The notes under the pieces are model-generated. The model was given only the letters and a program-made list of their open reading frames with translations, had not been told where the DNA came from and did no database searches. From Okamejei kenojei (Eukaryota), in assembly GCA_035221665.1 (NCBI GenBank), contig CM069160.1:4650001-4714000 (forward strand): a DNA stretch of 64,000 nt, in the 5' to 3' direction. Of this stretch, positions 37,960 through 49,477 are shown one piece after another. The stretch's first letter is position 1. Each line of letters opens with the position of its first letter. The translations under genes and the position numbers were made by a program.

Positions 37960-38270
37960 AGAGAAGTGTGAAAACGCACCCTCCACATTCAGGGGCCGTT
38001 TTTCCCAACTGTTATCACGCAGTGAATCATCCTGCCACAACCAGAGAGCAGTCCTGAACTACTATCTACCTCATTGGTGACCCTCAGACTATCTTTGATC
38101 GGACATTATTGGATTTACCTTGCATTAAACGTTGCTCCCTTATCATGTATCTGTAAACATAAATGGTTCGTTTGTAATCATGTATTGTCTTTCCACTGAC
38201 TGGTTAGCATGCAACAAAAGCTTTTCACTGTACCTCGATACACGTGACAATAAACTGAACTGAACTGAAC
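37960..38270 (+). mobile_element. Rex1-type LINE 3' end
   Basis: gaagtgtgaaaacgcaccctccacattcagg...cacgtgacaataaactgaactgaactgaac. Confidence 0.75.
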
Positions 38271-38719
38271 AGTGTTGTTTTGCTGGCAGATTTTAAGGAG
38301 ACTGGATTACGAAGTGATTTCTCACGATTTTACCCGATTGCATACGGCAGTCTGTGTGGGTAGAAATGGGGGAAGAGCTGGAGTGTAATTTGAGAAATGG
38401 AGCTGAATTAATTGTTTCAGATGACTGCATTGCTGGAAAGGATGGGACCAGTGCAGGGTCATTAAGCAAAACTCCCATGTGCTCGGAGGAAGGTTCCACG
38501 CTGTAGAGGGGGGATATAACGTATTTAGAAGGGTGATGTGATCGCAGGAAACCTACTTTGAAAAAATATTAAAAGGGAAGAATAAGAAATTGCACGGACA
38601 AATAGCACTACAAGTTGGCAGGACTCGAGTAAGAGAAGGGATATCATGGTCAGAGGCGAACTTCAACTGGAGTATGAAATTACAACAAGTGTAGCTTGTA
38701 TTTAATTGCCTTTAATTCC

Positions 38720-39700
38720 AACTTCTCCTGGACCACCCATATTGAAGCAACTACCAAGAAGTGCACCAACGCCTCTACTTCTTAGAAGGTGTAGGACGTT
38801 TGGCATGTTCTCTACAACTCTCAACAACTTCTACAGATGCATCATAGAACGCATTTTATCAGGATGCGTCACAGCTTGGTCTGATAAAAGCTCCATCCAA
38901 CACCGCAAGAAATTGCAGTGAATTGTGAACGCAGCCCAGATCATCACACAAACCAACCCCACCTATTGACTCCATTTGTACCTCACACTGCCTCAGCAAG
39001 GCCAGCAGCATAATGAAGGATCAGTTGCACCTGGCCACGCCTTCTTCTCCCCTCTACCCTCTCCCATCGGGCAAAAGGTGTAGAAGTGTGAAAACGCACA
39101 CCTTCATATTCAGGGACAGTTTCTTCATGCTATTGTCAGGAAACTGCATAATCCTACCACGATCAGAGAGCAGGGCTGAACTACTATCTACCACTTCGGC
39201 GACTCTCGGATTATCCTTGATAGGATTTTGCTGGCTTTACCTTGCACTAAACGTTGTTCCATTATCATATATCGTGGCGGTAAGGTCGAGGATGAGGGTC
39301 CAGACTAAGAACGATCCAACCTACAAGACCTCAACGGCGGACCCGGCGGACGAAGTTATCTTGAAATCAACGGCTGTGAAGGCGGATGAAAGCTGCAAAC
39401 AGATCCATCAGCTCCAGTCATCTTGGTTCCCTTGCATTGGAATGTGTTGATTGATTTGTGAAGGACCGTGTGCTTCTTGGAGGTGCAACATCGAGCACAC
39501 GTTAAACAGACACACACACAGGCGTCTTCGTTCTGTGAGCTGCAAAGCCAGGATCGGATTCATAAGCCACCCGAGAGTCCATAAAAACAACAGAAACGTA
39601 GACCATCATCCTCGACCTCGAGGGATAGGCACGACGACAGATCGTGTATCTCTACACTGTAATGGTTGGATTCATGTATTGTCTTTCTGCTGACTGGACA
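38720..39700 (+). mobile_element. Rex1-type LINE 3' fragment, interrupted by an RTE piece
   Basis: FGMFSTTLNNFYRCIIERILSGCVTAW; RSVKTHTFIFRDSFF. Confidence 0.8.
39272..39642 (+). mobile_element. RTE (BovB-like) LINE 3' end
   Basis: C-terminal CKARIGFISHPRVHK and short 3' tail (atcctcgacctcgagggatag...acgacgac). Confidence 0.55.
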
Positions 39701-39892
39701 GAACTGAATTATCATTAGACCTGGCTAAAACGGTAAACGAACTGGTGACAAATGTTCCCGTGTACGACACGTTGCTGTAAGATAGAGCGGGGTAACATGG
39801 GTGGATGGAACTGGGGCTGAGTGAGGAGTGAGCTGTGACGCCGCAGAGATAGGATGTTCCGTGATGGTAGAAAATCCCATCTATTCAGACAT

Positions 39893-40090
39893 AGGGGCGG
39901 CACAATCGCGCAGCTGGTAGAACTGCTGCCTCACAGCACCAGAGACCATGGGTTCGATCTTGACCTCGGGTGCTATCTGTGTGGAGTTTGCATGGTCTTT
40001 ATGTGACCACAAGGGTTTTGTAGGGTGAACCGGGTCCCTCCCACATCCCAAACACGTGCATATTTGAGGTTAATTGGCCTCTGTATAATG
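39893..40090 (+). mobile_element. HE1-type SINE, 5' part
   Basis: ggggcggcacaatcgcgcagctggtag; B box gggttcgatc. Confidence 0.8.
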
Positions 40091-40349
40091 TGCAGAGAGT
40101 TGCTGCGAAAGTGGAAAAACAAAGCTAAGGCCAAAGAACAATTTCCCTCACACTCTGACAACCCTAATCAGCCCTTGTTTTTCCAACTGCTGGGAGATCT
40201 TTGCTCTCGGAATCCTTTCCAATCACTCTCTCATCACCTTTGTGGATCACTGGCCGTTAGTTCCCAGGTTTCTCCGTATAGACCCTCTAGAATAAATGCA
40301 CAACTTCCCAATATTCTGGTATTTCACCCATGGCTGGGAACCGCTCTGG

Positions 40350-40545
40350 TTTAAGCTTCCCAAGTGAAATATCAGATGTTGTTCCGCTAATTTGCTTGTT
40401 ACCTCACTCTGACAGTGGAGGAGCCCCAAGACAGAGAGGTCTGTATGGGAATGGGAAGTGGAGTTAAAATGTTTGGAGATCGGGAGATCGCGGACTGATT
40501 GCAAGTTTCCAAGGCGGACTGATTGCAAGTTATCTTCCCTTGGCA
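40350..40545 (-). mobile_element. Penelope GIY-YIG C-terminal fragment
   Basis: ISKHFNSTSHSHTDLSVLGLLHCQSEVTSKLAEQHLIFHLGSL. Confidence 0.8.
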
Positions 40546-40546
40546 C

Positions 40547-40581
<35 letters not shown>

Positions 40582-40593
40582 GAGAGTGAGAGA

Positions 40594-40632
<39 letters not shown>
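40547..40632. repeat. (GA)n microsatellite
   Basis: Direct inspection. Confidence 0.95.
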
Positions 40633-40633
<1 letters not shown>

Positions 40634-41205
40634 GAAAGTCCCGGTGGGAGGTCTCTCTACAACGGTGTCTTCCCCTTTACGTTGGGTACCTGGAGTGGGA
40701 GTTTTGCACAGAGCCTTGGCGTGTAGTAAACTTTTGAGTCGGTTCACGGGCTCGCTGCCGCCTGTATTTTCAGCGGCGAGGTAGAGACCGTGTTACACGT
40801 GTATATGGAGTGTGTGAGGTTGCAGCCCCTTTACGAATATCTGAAGGGGTTGCTCCTGAAATTCTGGTTGCATTTTAGTCCCACAATCCTGGTGTTTGGG
40901 CACAAGGCAGGGAGTGGGAATGGCCGATCGGGGGGGGGGGGGGTGGGGATATGCCTGTCGGTTTTGCTCCTGGGCTGGCCAAGATGGCCCACGTCACGGG
41001 TCCAGGGCAGCGGGCGGTCGATGGCGCAGTCCATGGAGGACGGAACACGCGGTTGTCCACGGGGACTCTGGAGGCCTTCTGTGAACGCTCGGTACCGCAG
41101 GGGTCGAGGGCATTGTCAATATTGATTGCACCATTATTTATAATGGACTGCTTGATGTATTGTAACCATTGAACATTTGCAATTGCTGAATAAAATCCCT
41201 AGAAA
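40633..41205 (+). mobile_element. Tx1-clade L1 3' fragment within a GA repeat
   Basis: Zinc-knuckle region ETVLHVYMECVRLQPLYEYLKGLLLKFWLHFSPTILVFGH; LEAFCERSVPQG; AATAAA, then GA repeat. Confidence 0.7.
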
Positions 41206-41209
41206 GGAA

Positions 41210-41246
<37 letters not shown>

Positions 41247-41261
41247 GAGAGAGACAGAGAG
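41206..41261. repeat. (GA)n microsatellite
   Basis: Direct inspection. Confidence 0.95.
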
Positions 41262-42624
41262 AATGTGTTGTGTATATATGTGCACATGTAGATTTGTCTT
41301 TGTATGTGTGAACAAACGTTCATATAGTCATGTTCGCACGTGTTTGTGTACATTCCTGTACGTGTATCTGTCAGTGGTATTTATGTGCAGATTCGTGTCA
41401 GTGTGTATGCATGTAACTTCATGGGGCTGTGTGTGTAGACACGTGTTTGTGAGTGAGTGTGTGTATGTGCATGTGTTCATGTGCGTGATGCTCAGGCACT
41501 GGACACTGGAAGACTTTAATGTGCATCGGGAAGAAATGGTGTCACATAAAATTATTTATATTAGAAATTGTGATCAGGCTACTAAATGCAAAGAAAATAT
41601 ATACAGTGCACCAGTTGCCGGAACACCTTTAACAGCCGAGACTATGAAGCACTTTACTCAGTCATCATGAACGACACCGGATTACAAGGAGACAGACAGA
41701 ACTGTAGATACAGGAATCTTGAACAAAAAAAAGTGCTGGAGGAAATCAGCGAGTCAGGCAGCATCTGCAGAGGGAGGACAGTACTTTCGAATACGAATCT
41801 TTTACTGAAAAAATGTGCCAGAGTGTTTTTATTGTCACATGTGGAAACGCACAGTAAAATTCGTTTTCTTACATACAGTCCAGTCCAGTATTACCATAAC
41901 TAAGCACATCCTGGATCAAGTCAAGTCAAGTCAAGAGAGTCTATTGTCATGTGTCCCAGAGGAGGACAATGAAATTCTTGCTTGCTGCAGCACAACGGAA
42001 TATTGTAAGCATAATAAAGAACAGAACAGTTCAAATACAGTTCAGAAGCATGTCTAAATAAATTGTACACTGATCCCGCATGAAAGAAGTGCCATGTTAT
42101 GGCGCCATTTTCAAAGTCCAGTCCGCTCTAGTTATTATGAGCGGTGCCCGATCCAGGCGAGCCCCAGGCTGCTGCGAGCCTCCAGCCATCGGCGTCGAGG
42201 ATGCGATATCCCTCTCCTCGCCCGTCCACCTCCCTGCAGACAACGATCCGCCGGATCCTACGACCGCTACCCGGCTCGGCGGCTTCCTGCCCTAGGCCGC
42301 TGCATGCTGGCAGCTTCTGCCGCGCTCCCAGAATGGATTACATGGGATGTAAATCAAAAAGACATGGGGCTCGTTTTTCAGATTCAGTGCGTTTTAATTC
42401 CAACAGCATTGTATTCTACAACGGAGTAAACTTTATGTAAATATTACTCTATGCCAATATTTCTTTTTCACTACAGAACACAATTCCTAAACATGGTGGG
42501 TTCCAGGTAAACAAGATGTACGGGATATTAATGTTTCCTTTTGATTAGAGTATAAGAAAGAGGAGGTCGCACTTGACTGGTTTAGAACGGGAGCGAGGCG
42601 CGTGATAGTGAATACGAAAATACC

Positions 42625-43365
42625 AGTTTAGTTTGCGATAGTCACGTGTGCAGAGGTACCGTGAAAACCTTGTTTTGCTTGCAATCCAGTCAGTGAAATG
42701 ACTATACATCGTTACAACCAAGTCGTCAAAAGTCTACAGATACAGGATGAAGGGAATAACGTTTAATGAAAGATAAAGTCCGGTAAAGTCCAATTAAAGA
42801 TGGTCCGGGGGACTTCTATGAGGTAGGTGGTGGGTCAGGATCGCTCTGCAGGAGGATGGTTTGTTTATCTCATAACAGCTGGAAAGAAACTGTCCGTGAG
42901 TCTGGAGGTGAGCGTGTTCATACTTCTGTACCTCTTGCGCAATGGGAGCGGGGAGAAGAGCGCGTGATCGGAGTGCGACACGTCCTTCATCATAATTGGT
43001 GTCCTTGCGAGGCAGCGTGAAGCATAAATGGAGTCAATGGAAAGTAAGGTGTTTAGCGGGTTGGTCTGGGCAACGTCCACAGCTCTCGGCAATGTCTTGT
43101 CATAGATGGAGCTGTTCCATCAACGCCTTGATGCTTCCTGTGAACATGCTGTCCGAGGTGTATCTGTAGACGTCGGCGAGGAGTCGTTTGGTATGCTTTC
43201 TTGGACATTACTTGGATATGTTTAGTCCAGGGCAAATAGTTGGCGATATTTACTCCTCAGAACCTGACTCATCAACTGTCTCCACAACGACGCCGTCAAT
43301 GCATACTAGACGCGTGCCTGGTCTGTACAGCGCCTCGCTCTCTGAAGTCGATAACAGGTTTTGAT
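42625..43365 (-). mobile_element. Rex1-type LINE 3' fragment
   Basis: SHSDHALFSPLPLRKRYRSMNTLTSRLTDSFFPAVMR. Confidence 0.8.
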
Positions 43366-43742
43366 TCGGCACATTGCTAAGCAATAAGAATGTCTTCAAC
43401 GCAGGTTATAGAGGAGGGATGAGGGATATTCCAGCGGGCATGGTACTCAGACACATCTGTTCCGCAGACGACCTGTTGCGGAATCGGTAGGTTAGCGGGT
43501 AAATGAAGTACGGGGCATGTCTCTACTGACTAATATATGAAATATATTTAACAATTATATGAACGGAACTGAGACGAGTTATCGGCGCAGGTTAAAACAA
43601 GAGTCAGCAGGTGACAATAACGAGATAAAGGGCTCTGATTCTGTGATGCCGTGTTCATTGAGTCATTTTCTGTTGAAATGAGGAGCAGCGTTTGTGTGAA
43701 GGAATAGGGACAACGGCGAACTTATAGTCGCCAGCTCTAGTG

Positions 43743-44645
43743 TTACATCCGCACCAGTTTCAAGAGATTACTCAAAAACCGGGTTACATGGCTAATCGCG
43801 TTCTTCACCTCCTCTCTGAATTTTTTCTGTGTCATTCCGTAGATACACGTGTTGGCGCAGGAGTTGACATAGATAAGTAGGACACCCACCTCATTGGCGA
43901 TATATGAGGGACTCGTATGATTTCCATCGGCGGGACTGACAGTGACTCGAGTGCAGACGAAGGTCACAGTTTCCGTTGTCCACAGCAGTATATAGACGCC
44001 GGACACAGTGAAGAGTAAAACGATGGATTTACGCCGATTCTCCGCCTCAGTGTCATTGCCTTCCAGCCCTTTCAGCCGCCGGCGGACCCTGCTGGCCGCT
44101 ACGATGTTCTTGACCGTCAATCCGTTAAAGAATAGGATTAGAAGGAAAGGGAGGAATGAGAGAGAGACGCTACACATCCAGGAGAACATGATCCACCAGA
44201 TGGAGGTCAGATAGGCGGCTTTGGGCCAGCACCCCCAGTTCACATTGTCCTTGGTGAAGCGCGGCTCGTACATGAACAAAAAGGGGATGTACTTTATGCA
44301 GCTCAGCGCACACATGGACACAATGACTGTGACGGCCGTCCTATCCGTGCAATATGTGAGTCTCAGCTTCGGGCAGCAAATGCTGACAAAACGGTCAAAG
44401 GTGAAAAGACACGGTTAACCAGACGGAGTAGTCCAGGGTGACGATCCGCAGGTAAACGTCGGACGGACACACTGCGCTGAGGGAGAGGAAAGAGTTCGGG
44501 TTGTAGTAACCGTAGATTCCTTGCAGCAACACGTGGAAGATGATCACCAGCAGACCGGACATTGCCATCGCCAACATGTAACGCGTGATTCCTTTGGTGA
44601 GACCACACTTTCCCCGGCACAGGATCGCAGCCGTCAGTACGTTCG
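43743..44645 (-). CDS. GPR139/GPR142-like class A GPCR, gene A, exon 2; 1-bp insertion at 44404-44407 (pseudogene or sequencing error)
   Basis: cttcctccag| ANVLTAAILCRGKCGLTKGITRYMLAMA...DYSVWLTVSF[frameshift]TFDRFVSICC...LPFLLILFFNGLTV...NRRKSIVLLFTVSG...NSCANTCIYGMTQKKFREE...*. Confidence 0.9.
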
Positions 44646-44854
44646 CTGGAGGAAGCACAGAACACTTCGATATAATTATATAAAACAGAGCAACCAATTA
44701 ATAGAACACAAAGTTTCTGCGTTCAGTGCGATGCCATCAATTCAGATGAATCGCGGAGGCAACTAAAAATTAAAGACAATTCGTTCATTAGTGAAAGGAA
44801 TGCAAAAAACATCATCACGTGTTGCTATTGTACTTGCGTTTCGCTTGGTTGTAT

Positions 44855-45185
44855 TTGTTTAGTTTAGTTGAGAGGTACAGCGCGGAAACAGGCCCTTCGG
44901 CCTACCGTGACCGCGCCCACCAGTGGTCCCCGCATATCAACACAATCCTACACACAATAAGCACATCGTTTCACATTTACCAAGCCAATTAACCTACATA
45001 CCTGTCCGCCTGTGGAGTGCGGGAGGAAACCAAAGATCTCGGACAAAATCCACGTGGTCACGGGGAGAACGTACAAACTCGGTACAGCAGGCGTAGTCGG
45101 AATCGACCCCAGATCGTCGGCGCTGTGAGGCAGTAACTGAGGCAGCGCTGTGAGGCAGCAACTCTACCGCTGCGCCACCGCGCCC
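44855..45185 (-). mobile_element. HE1-type SINE, full length, in the GPCR A intron
   Basis: gggcgcggtggcgcagcggtagagttgctgcctcacagcg...ctctcaactaaactaaac on the minus strand. Confidence 0.88.
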
Positions 45186-45939
45186 GCCCCCTACTATTTG
45201 TGTACAGTATTATATGCTCTGTTTGGATAGCGCGCAAAACAATGCTTTTTTTTCTGTATTTTGGTACAGGTGACAATAGTAAACCTTAGCAAACCTAAAC
45301 ATACCCACTGACCTACTCTCCAAATAACTGCAGAACAAGCCTACGTTGGATGCTTGTCGCTAATATCACCTGGCGCCATTCACAGCATGTTGTGCACCAA
45401 CATACCAATGGACTTCTCATGAAAGGATATCGAGCTGACACAATGAAAGTGTTTCTTTGTCCACGGAAGGAGTCTGCCCCAGTACCTGACCCAGACAGAA
45501 TCAGTGTCTACAGTATGGTGCTTCTTGTTGGTAAAAGAGCGGCACACTGGCCACAGCTAGTAGAGGTGCTGCCGCACAGCGCCAGAGACACGGGAGTACA
45601 TGTGAAAGTGAGATGACATAAAAACAGTGTGAATGGGCGATTGATGATCAGTGTGGCCACAGTGGGTCGATGCTGTATCTCGAAAACTAAACTACAATTA
45701 TGATTACGCCTAGTTATTGGTTACCGGTTACATGGCGACTCAAAATGATCAGTATAATGGAGTGTGGGTGTTAGAAACCGAAATTTCTATACAATTATTG
45801 GTGACAATATTTAGTTGGCAGCATCTGTGAAGATAGAGAGGCGGGATTTAATATTTCAGGAAGATATTTATTACGCGGACCTCGAACGAGAAGAAGGAGT
45901 GTTGGTGGGAACACTGATGTGTGCATTATGGCGAGGACT

Positions 45940-46253
45940 CCTTGTGGCGAGGAATCCTTAGAATGGGAGAGAAAATGGGAAGATGCCGAGTGAGAAAAAT
46001 AACTTGCTGAATGGGAACAAATGGCGAATCTTTGCACACAGGGCGAGGAAGAGCGAAAAAAGCGAGAAATGCAGACAGAAAGATAGGATAAGGGGGAGAG
46101 AGTAGAAAGAGAAATGGGAGAGATAGTGAGAAAAAAGAGACGAGCGGCAAAATAGATATAGAGGAAGACTGGGAGAAGCAGGGATAGGAAAGAGGAAGGC
46201 AAAAAGTGACGGAGAGAAACACATAGTAAGAAAGAAAGGTAGATAGATAGATA

Positions 46254-46338
<85 letters not shown>

Positions 46339-46530
46339 ATAACTGAATGTTTATATAGAGATAGGCTGAGAGAGATAAACAGACAGAAAGGAAAGCAGAG
46401 AAAAAGTGACGGAGAGAGGGCCGAGATAGAAAAGAGCGATAGGGAAAGTCAGGTAGAAAGATAGAAAGATATGGAGAATTAAGCATACGGAGAGAGAGTG
46501 GAAGAAACACTGGGGATACGAGGCAGAAAG
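45940..46530. repeat. Polypurine low-complexity tract with a long (GA)n run (46256-46332)
   Basis: Direct inspection. Confidence 0.9.
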
Positions 46531-46591
46531 GTAAATCATCGGGAACATTGGGACTGGGCAGCAACGCGTTGATCAACGTGACCGGACTTAC

Positions 46592-46661
46592 CAGGGAAGC
46601 CAAACGCCGCCAGAATTGGATAAGAAACCTCCTTCACGTACAGAATCAGAGCCCGCCCCAT
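46592..46661 (-). CDS. GPCR gene A, exon 1 (MGRALILYVKEVSYPILAAFGFP)
   Basis: 70-nt coding exon with cct g|gtaagt donor; phase 1 matches exon 2; YPILAxxGxP is shared with gene B. Confidence 0.88.
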
Positions 46662-46731
46662 TGTGGAAGAGTCGCAGTGTCGACAGCGAACCCGGGGACA
46701 CGATGGAGCAAGGAGCGCGGCTGAGATACCC

Positions 46732-46739
46732 ATTTATAT
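46732..46739 (-). promoter_or_regulatory. TATA box of GPCR gene A
   Basis: gaTATAAAtg about 70 nt upstream of the ATG. Confidence 0.5.
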
Positions 46740-46959
46740 CCCCGTCAATCCTCAGTGGATTTCAGGAGTAAACGTTCAATGGCGTTAATCACAAGCTCTT
46801 GAACAAACAACTTTTCACCCCCTGATAAATTAACTAATTCTAATCATCTCTCGGTGGAGGATTGCTTGGTGTGGAAAACAATGTAGGGGGGGGGGGGGGG
46901 GGGCTCTTCTCGCCCGTCCCTTGAACCAAGGATCAATGTGACATTTTCCTCGGACATTT

Positions 46960-47510
46960 TCGAGAATCGGAAATCCGATATATGATCCTGGGTAGCTTAC
47001 AACCCACGGGGGTGAACATTGATGTCGTCAATTTTAGTGACCACCCCACACTCGCCCCCATACCTCACCCCACCTTTCCCCTCGCGTGCCCGTGCCCCCT
47101 ACCCTGGTGCGCACCCATTTCTCCCTCTCTCCCTCCTTTCCTCCTCCCCATCCCCTTGCACATATATTCCTCCTTCTGGACTTCCTCCTCCATCACTCCG
47201 ATCCACTCCTTATTGGACACCTTTTGTTCTCCTTGTCTCCCTTTTGTCTCATTTTGAGATCCTTTGTTCCCACTACCTTCATCTGCTTTCAACCGTAGCC
47301 TTTGTGTACACATCTGACACTCAAATCCTCCCGTCACCTTTATCCACCTATCCCTTGTCAAGCGTTGTCCCTCCGCTCGCACCCCGGACCGCTACAGTAG
47401 CGGCTATACTCCAGCATTCTGCCCTTCCCCATTCCACTATAATCTGAAGAAAGGTTCGACCTGAAGCGACTCAGACCGGTTCCATCCACAGATGCCGCCT
47501 GACACGTCCT
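46960..47510 (+). mobile_element. Penelope 3' fragment
   Basis: ILGSLQPTGVNID, pyrimidine-rich UTR, ctgaagaaaggttcgacctgaa terminal motif. Confidence 0.7.
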
Positions 47511-47683
47511 CAGCACATCGTGGTCAACACATGATGCTGAGGGCGTGAGACAGCTTAATTCGATGGTCCCTTTGGAAACATAGAAACGTAGCAACATAGA
47601 AAATAGGTGCAAAGTAGGCCATTCGGCCCTTCGAGCTAGCACCGCCATTCAATATGTTCATGGCTGATCATCTAAAATCAGTA

Positions 47684-49477
47684 GGTAAAAAAAAATGCTG
47701 GAGAAATTCAGCGGGTGCGGCAGCATCTATGGAGCGAAGGAAATAGGCAACGTTTCGGACCGAAACGTTGCCTATTCCCTTCGCTCGTTACAGTGGCTTG
47801 CAAAAGTTTTCATACCCCTTGAACTTTTCCACATTTTGTCACGTTACAACCACAAACGTAAATGTATTTTATTGGGATTTTATGTGATAGACCAACACAA
47901 AGTGGTGCATAATTGTGAAGTGGAAGGAAAATAATACATGGTTTCCAAATTTTTTTACAAATAAAATACTAAAAGGTGTGGCGTGCAAATGTATTCTGCC
48001 CCCCTGAGTCAATACTTTGTAGAACCACCCTCGCTGCAATTACAGCTGCATGTCTTCTGTGGTATGTCTCTACCTGCTTTGCACATCTAGAGACTGAATG
48101 TTTTGCCCATTCTTCTTTGCAAAATAGCTCAAGCTCAGTCAGATTGGATGGAGAGCATCTGTGAACAGCAATTTTCAAGTCTTGCCAGAGATTCTCAATT
48201 GGATTTAGGTCTGGACGTTGACTGGGCCATTTTAACACATGAATATGCTTTGATCTGAACCATTCCATTGTAGCTCTGGCTGTATGGTTAGGGTCGTTGG
48301 CCTACTGGAAGGCAAGCCTCCGCCCCTGTCTCAAGTCTTTTGTAGACTCTAACAGGTTTTCTTCCAAGATTGTCCTGTGTTTGGCTCCATCCATCTTCCC
48401 ATCAACTCTGACCAGCTTCCCTGTCCCTGCTGAAGAAAAGCATCCCCACGGCATGATGCTGCCACCACCATGTTTCACAGTGGGGATGGTGTGTTCAGGG
48501 TGATGTGCAGTGTTAGTTTTCCGACACACATAGCGTTTTGCATTTAGGCCAAAAAACCTCAATTTTGTTCTCATCAGACCAGAGCACCTTCCTCCACATG
48601 TTTGCGGTTTGTCCCCCACATGGCTTGTGGCAAACTGCAAACGGGGCTTCTTATGGCTTAGTTTCAACAATGGCTTTCTTCTTCCCACTCTTCCATAAGG
48701 GCCCTATTTGTGGAGTGCACGACTAATTAGTTGTCCTGTGGACAGATTCTCCCACCTGAGCTGTGGATCTCTGCAGCTCCTCCAGAGTTACATGGGCCCC
48801 TTGGCTGCTTTTCTGATCAATGCTCTCCTTGCCCGGCCTGTCAGTTTAGGCAGACGGCCGTGTCTTGGCAGGTTGCAGTTGTGCCATACCCTTTCCATTT
48901 TCGGATGATGGATTGAACAGTGCTTCATGAGATGTTCAAAGCTTGGGTATTTTTTTTATAACCTAACCCTGCTTTAAACTTTATCCTGACCTGTTCTGGT
49001 GTGTTCCTTGGGCTTCATGATGCTGTTTGTTCACTAATGATCTCTAACAAACCTCTGAGGCCTTCGCAGAACAGCTGTATTGATACTGAGATTAGATTAC
49101 ACACATGTGGACTCTATTTACTAATTAGGTGACTTCTGAAGGCAATTGGTTTCACTGGATTGTATTTAGGGGTGTCAGAGTAAAGGGGGCTGAATACATT
49201 TGCACGCCACTCTTTTCAGTTTTTTATTTGTAAAAAAAATGGAAAACCATGTATCATTTTCCTTCCACTTCACAGTTATGAGTCATTTTGTGTTGGTCCA
49301 TCACATAAAATCCCAATAACATACATTTACGTTTGTGGTTGTAACGTGACAAAATGTGGAAAAGTTCAAGGGGTATGAAAACTTTTGCAAGCCACTGTAG
49401 ATGTTGCCACACCCGCTGAGTTTATCCAGCATTTTTCTCTACTTTCGATTTTCCAGCATCTGCAGCTCCTTCTTAAA
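47684..49477. mobile_element. Fold-back Penelope mini-element, split by the Tc1
   Basis: Palindromic centre ataggcaacgtttcggaccgaaacgttgcctat; TSD catctaaaat(c/a)agta at 47669-47683 and 49478-49492. Confidence 0.8.
47791..49397 (-). mobile_element. Full-length Tc1-family DNA transposon with disrupted transposase (about 48009-49018)
   Basis: TA flanks; TIRs over 200 bp starting cagtggcttgcaaaagt; TVKHGGGSIMPWGCFS and WPSQRPDLNPIENLW motifs; 1607 bp. Confidence 0.96.

Noticed and set aside
41560-41700. CxxC-containing short ORF (IQCTSCRNTF) as a zinc-finger exon
   Set aside because: No second metal-ligand pair or donor site; it runs into repeat sequence.
45795-46603. Hydrophobic Leu/Ser/Phe-rich ORFs (135 and 225 aa) suggesting a membrane protein
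   Set aside because: Translation of the TC-rich strand of a low-complexity intronic tract.
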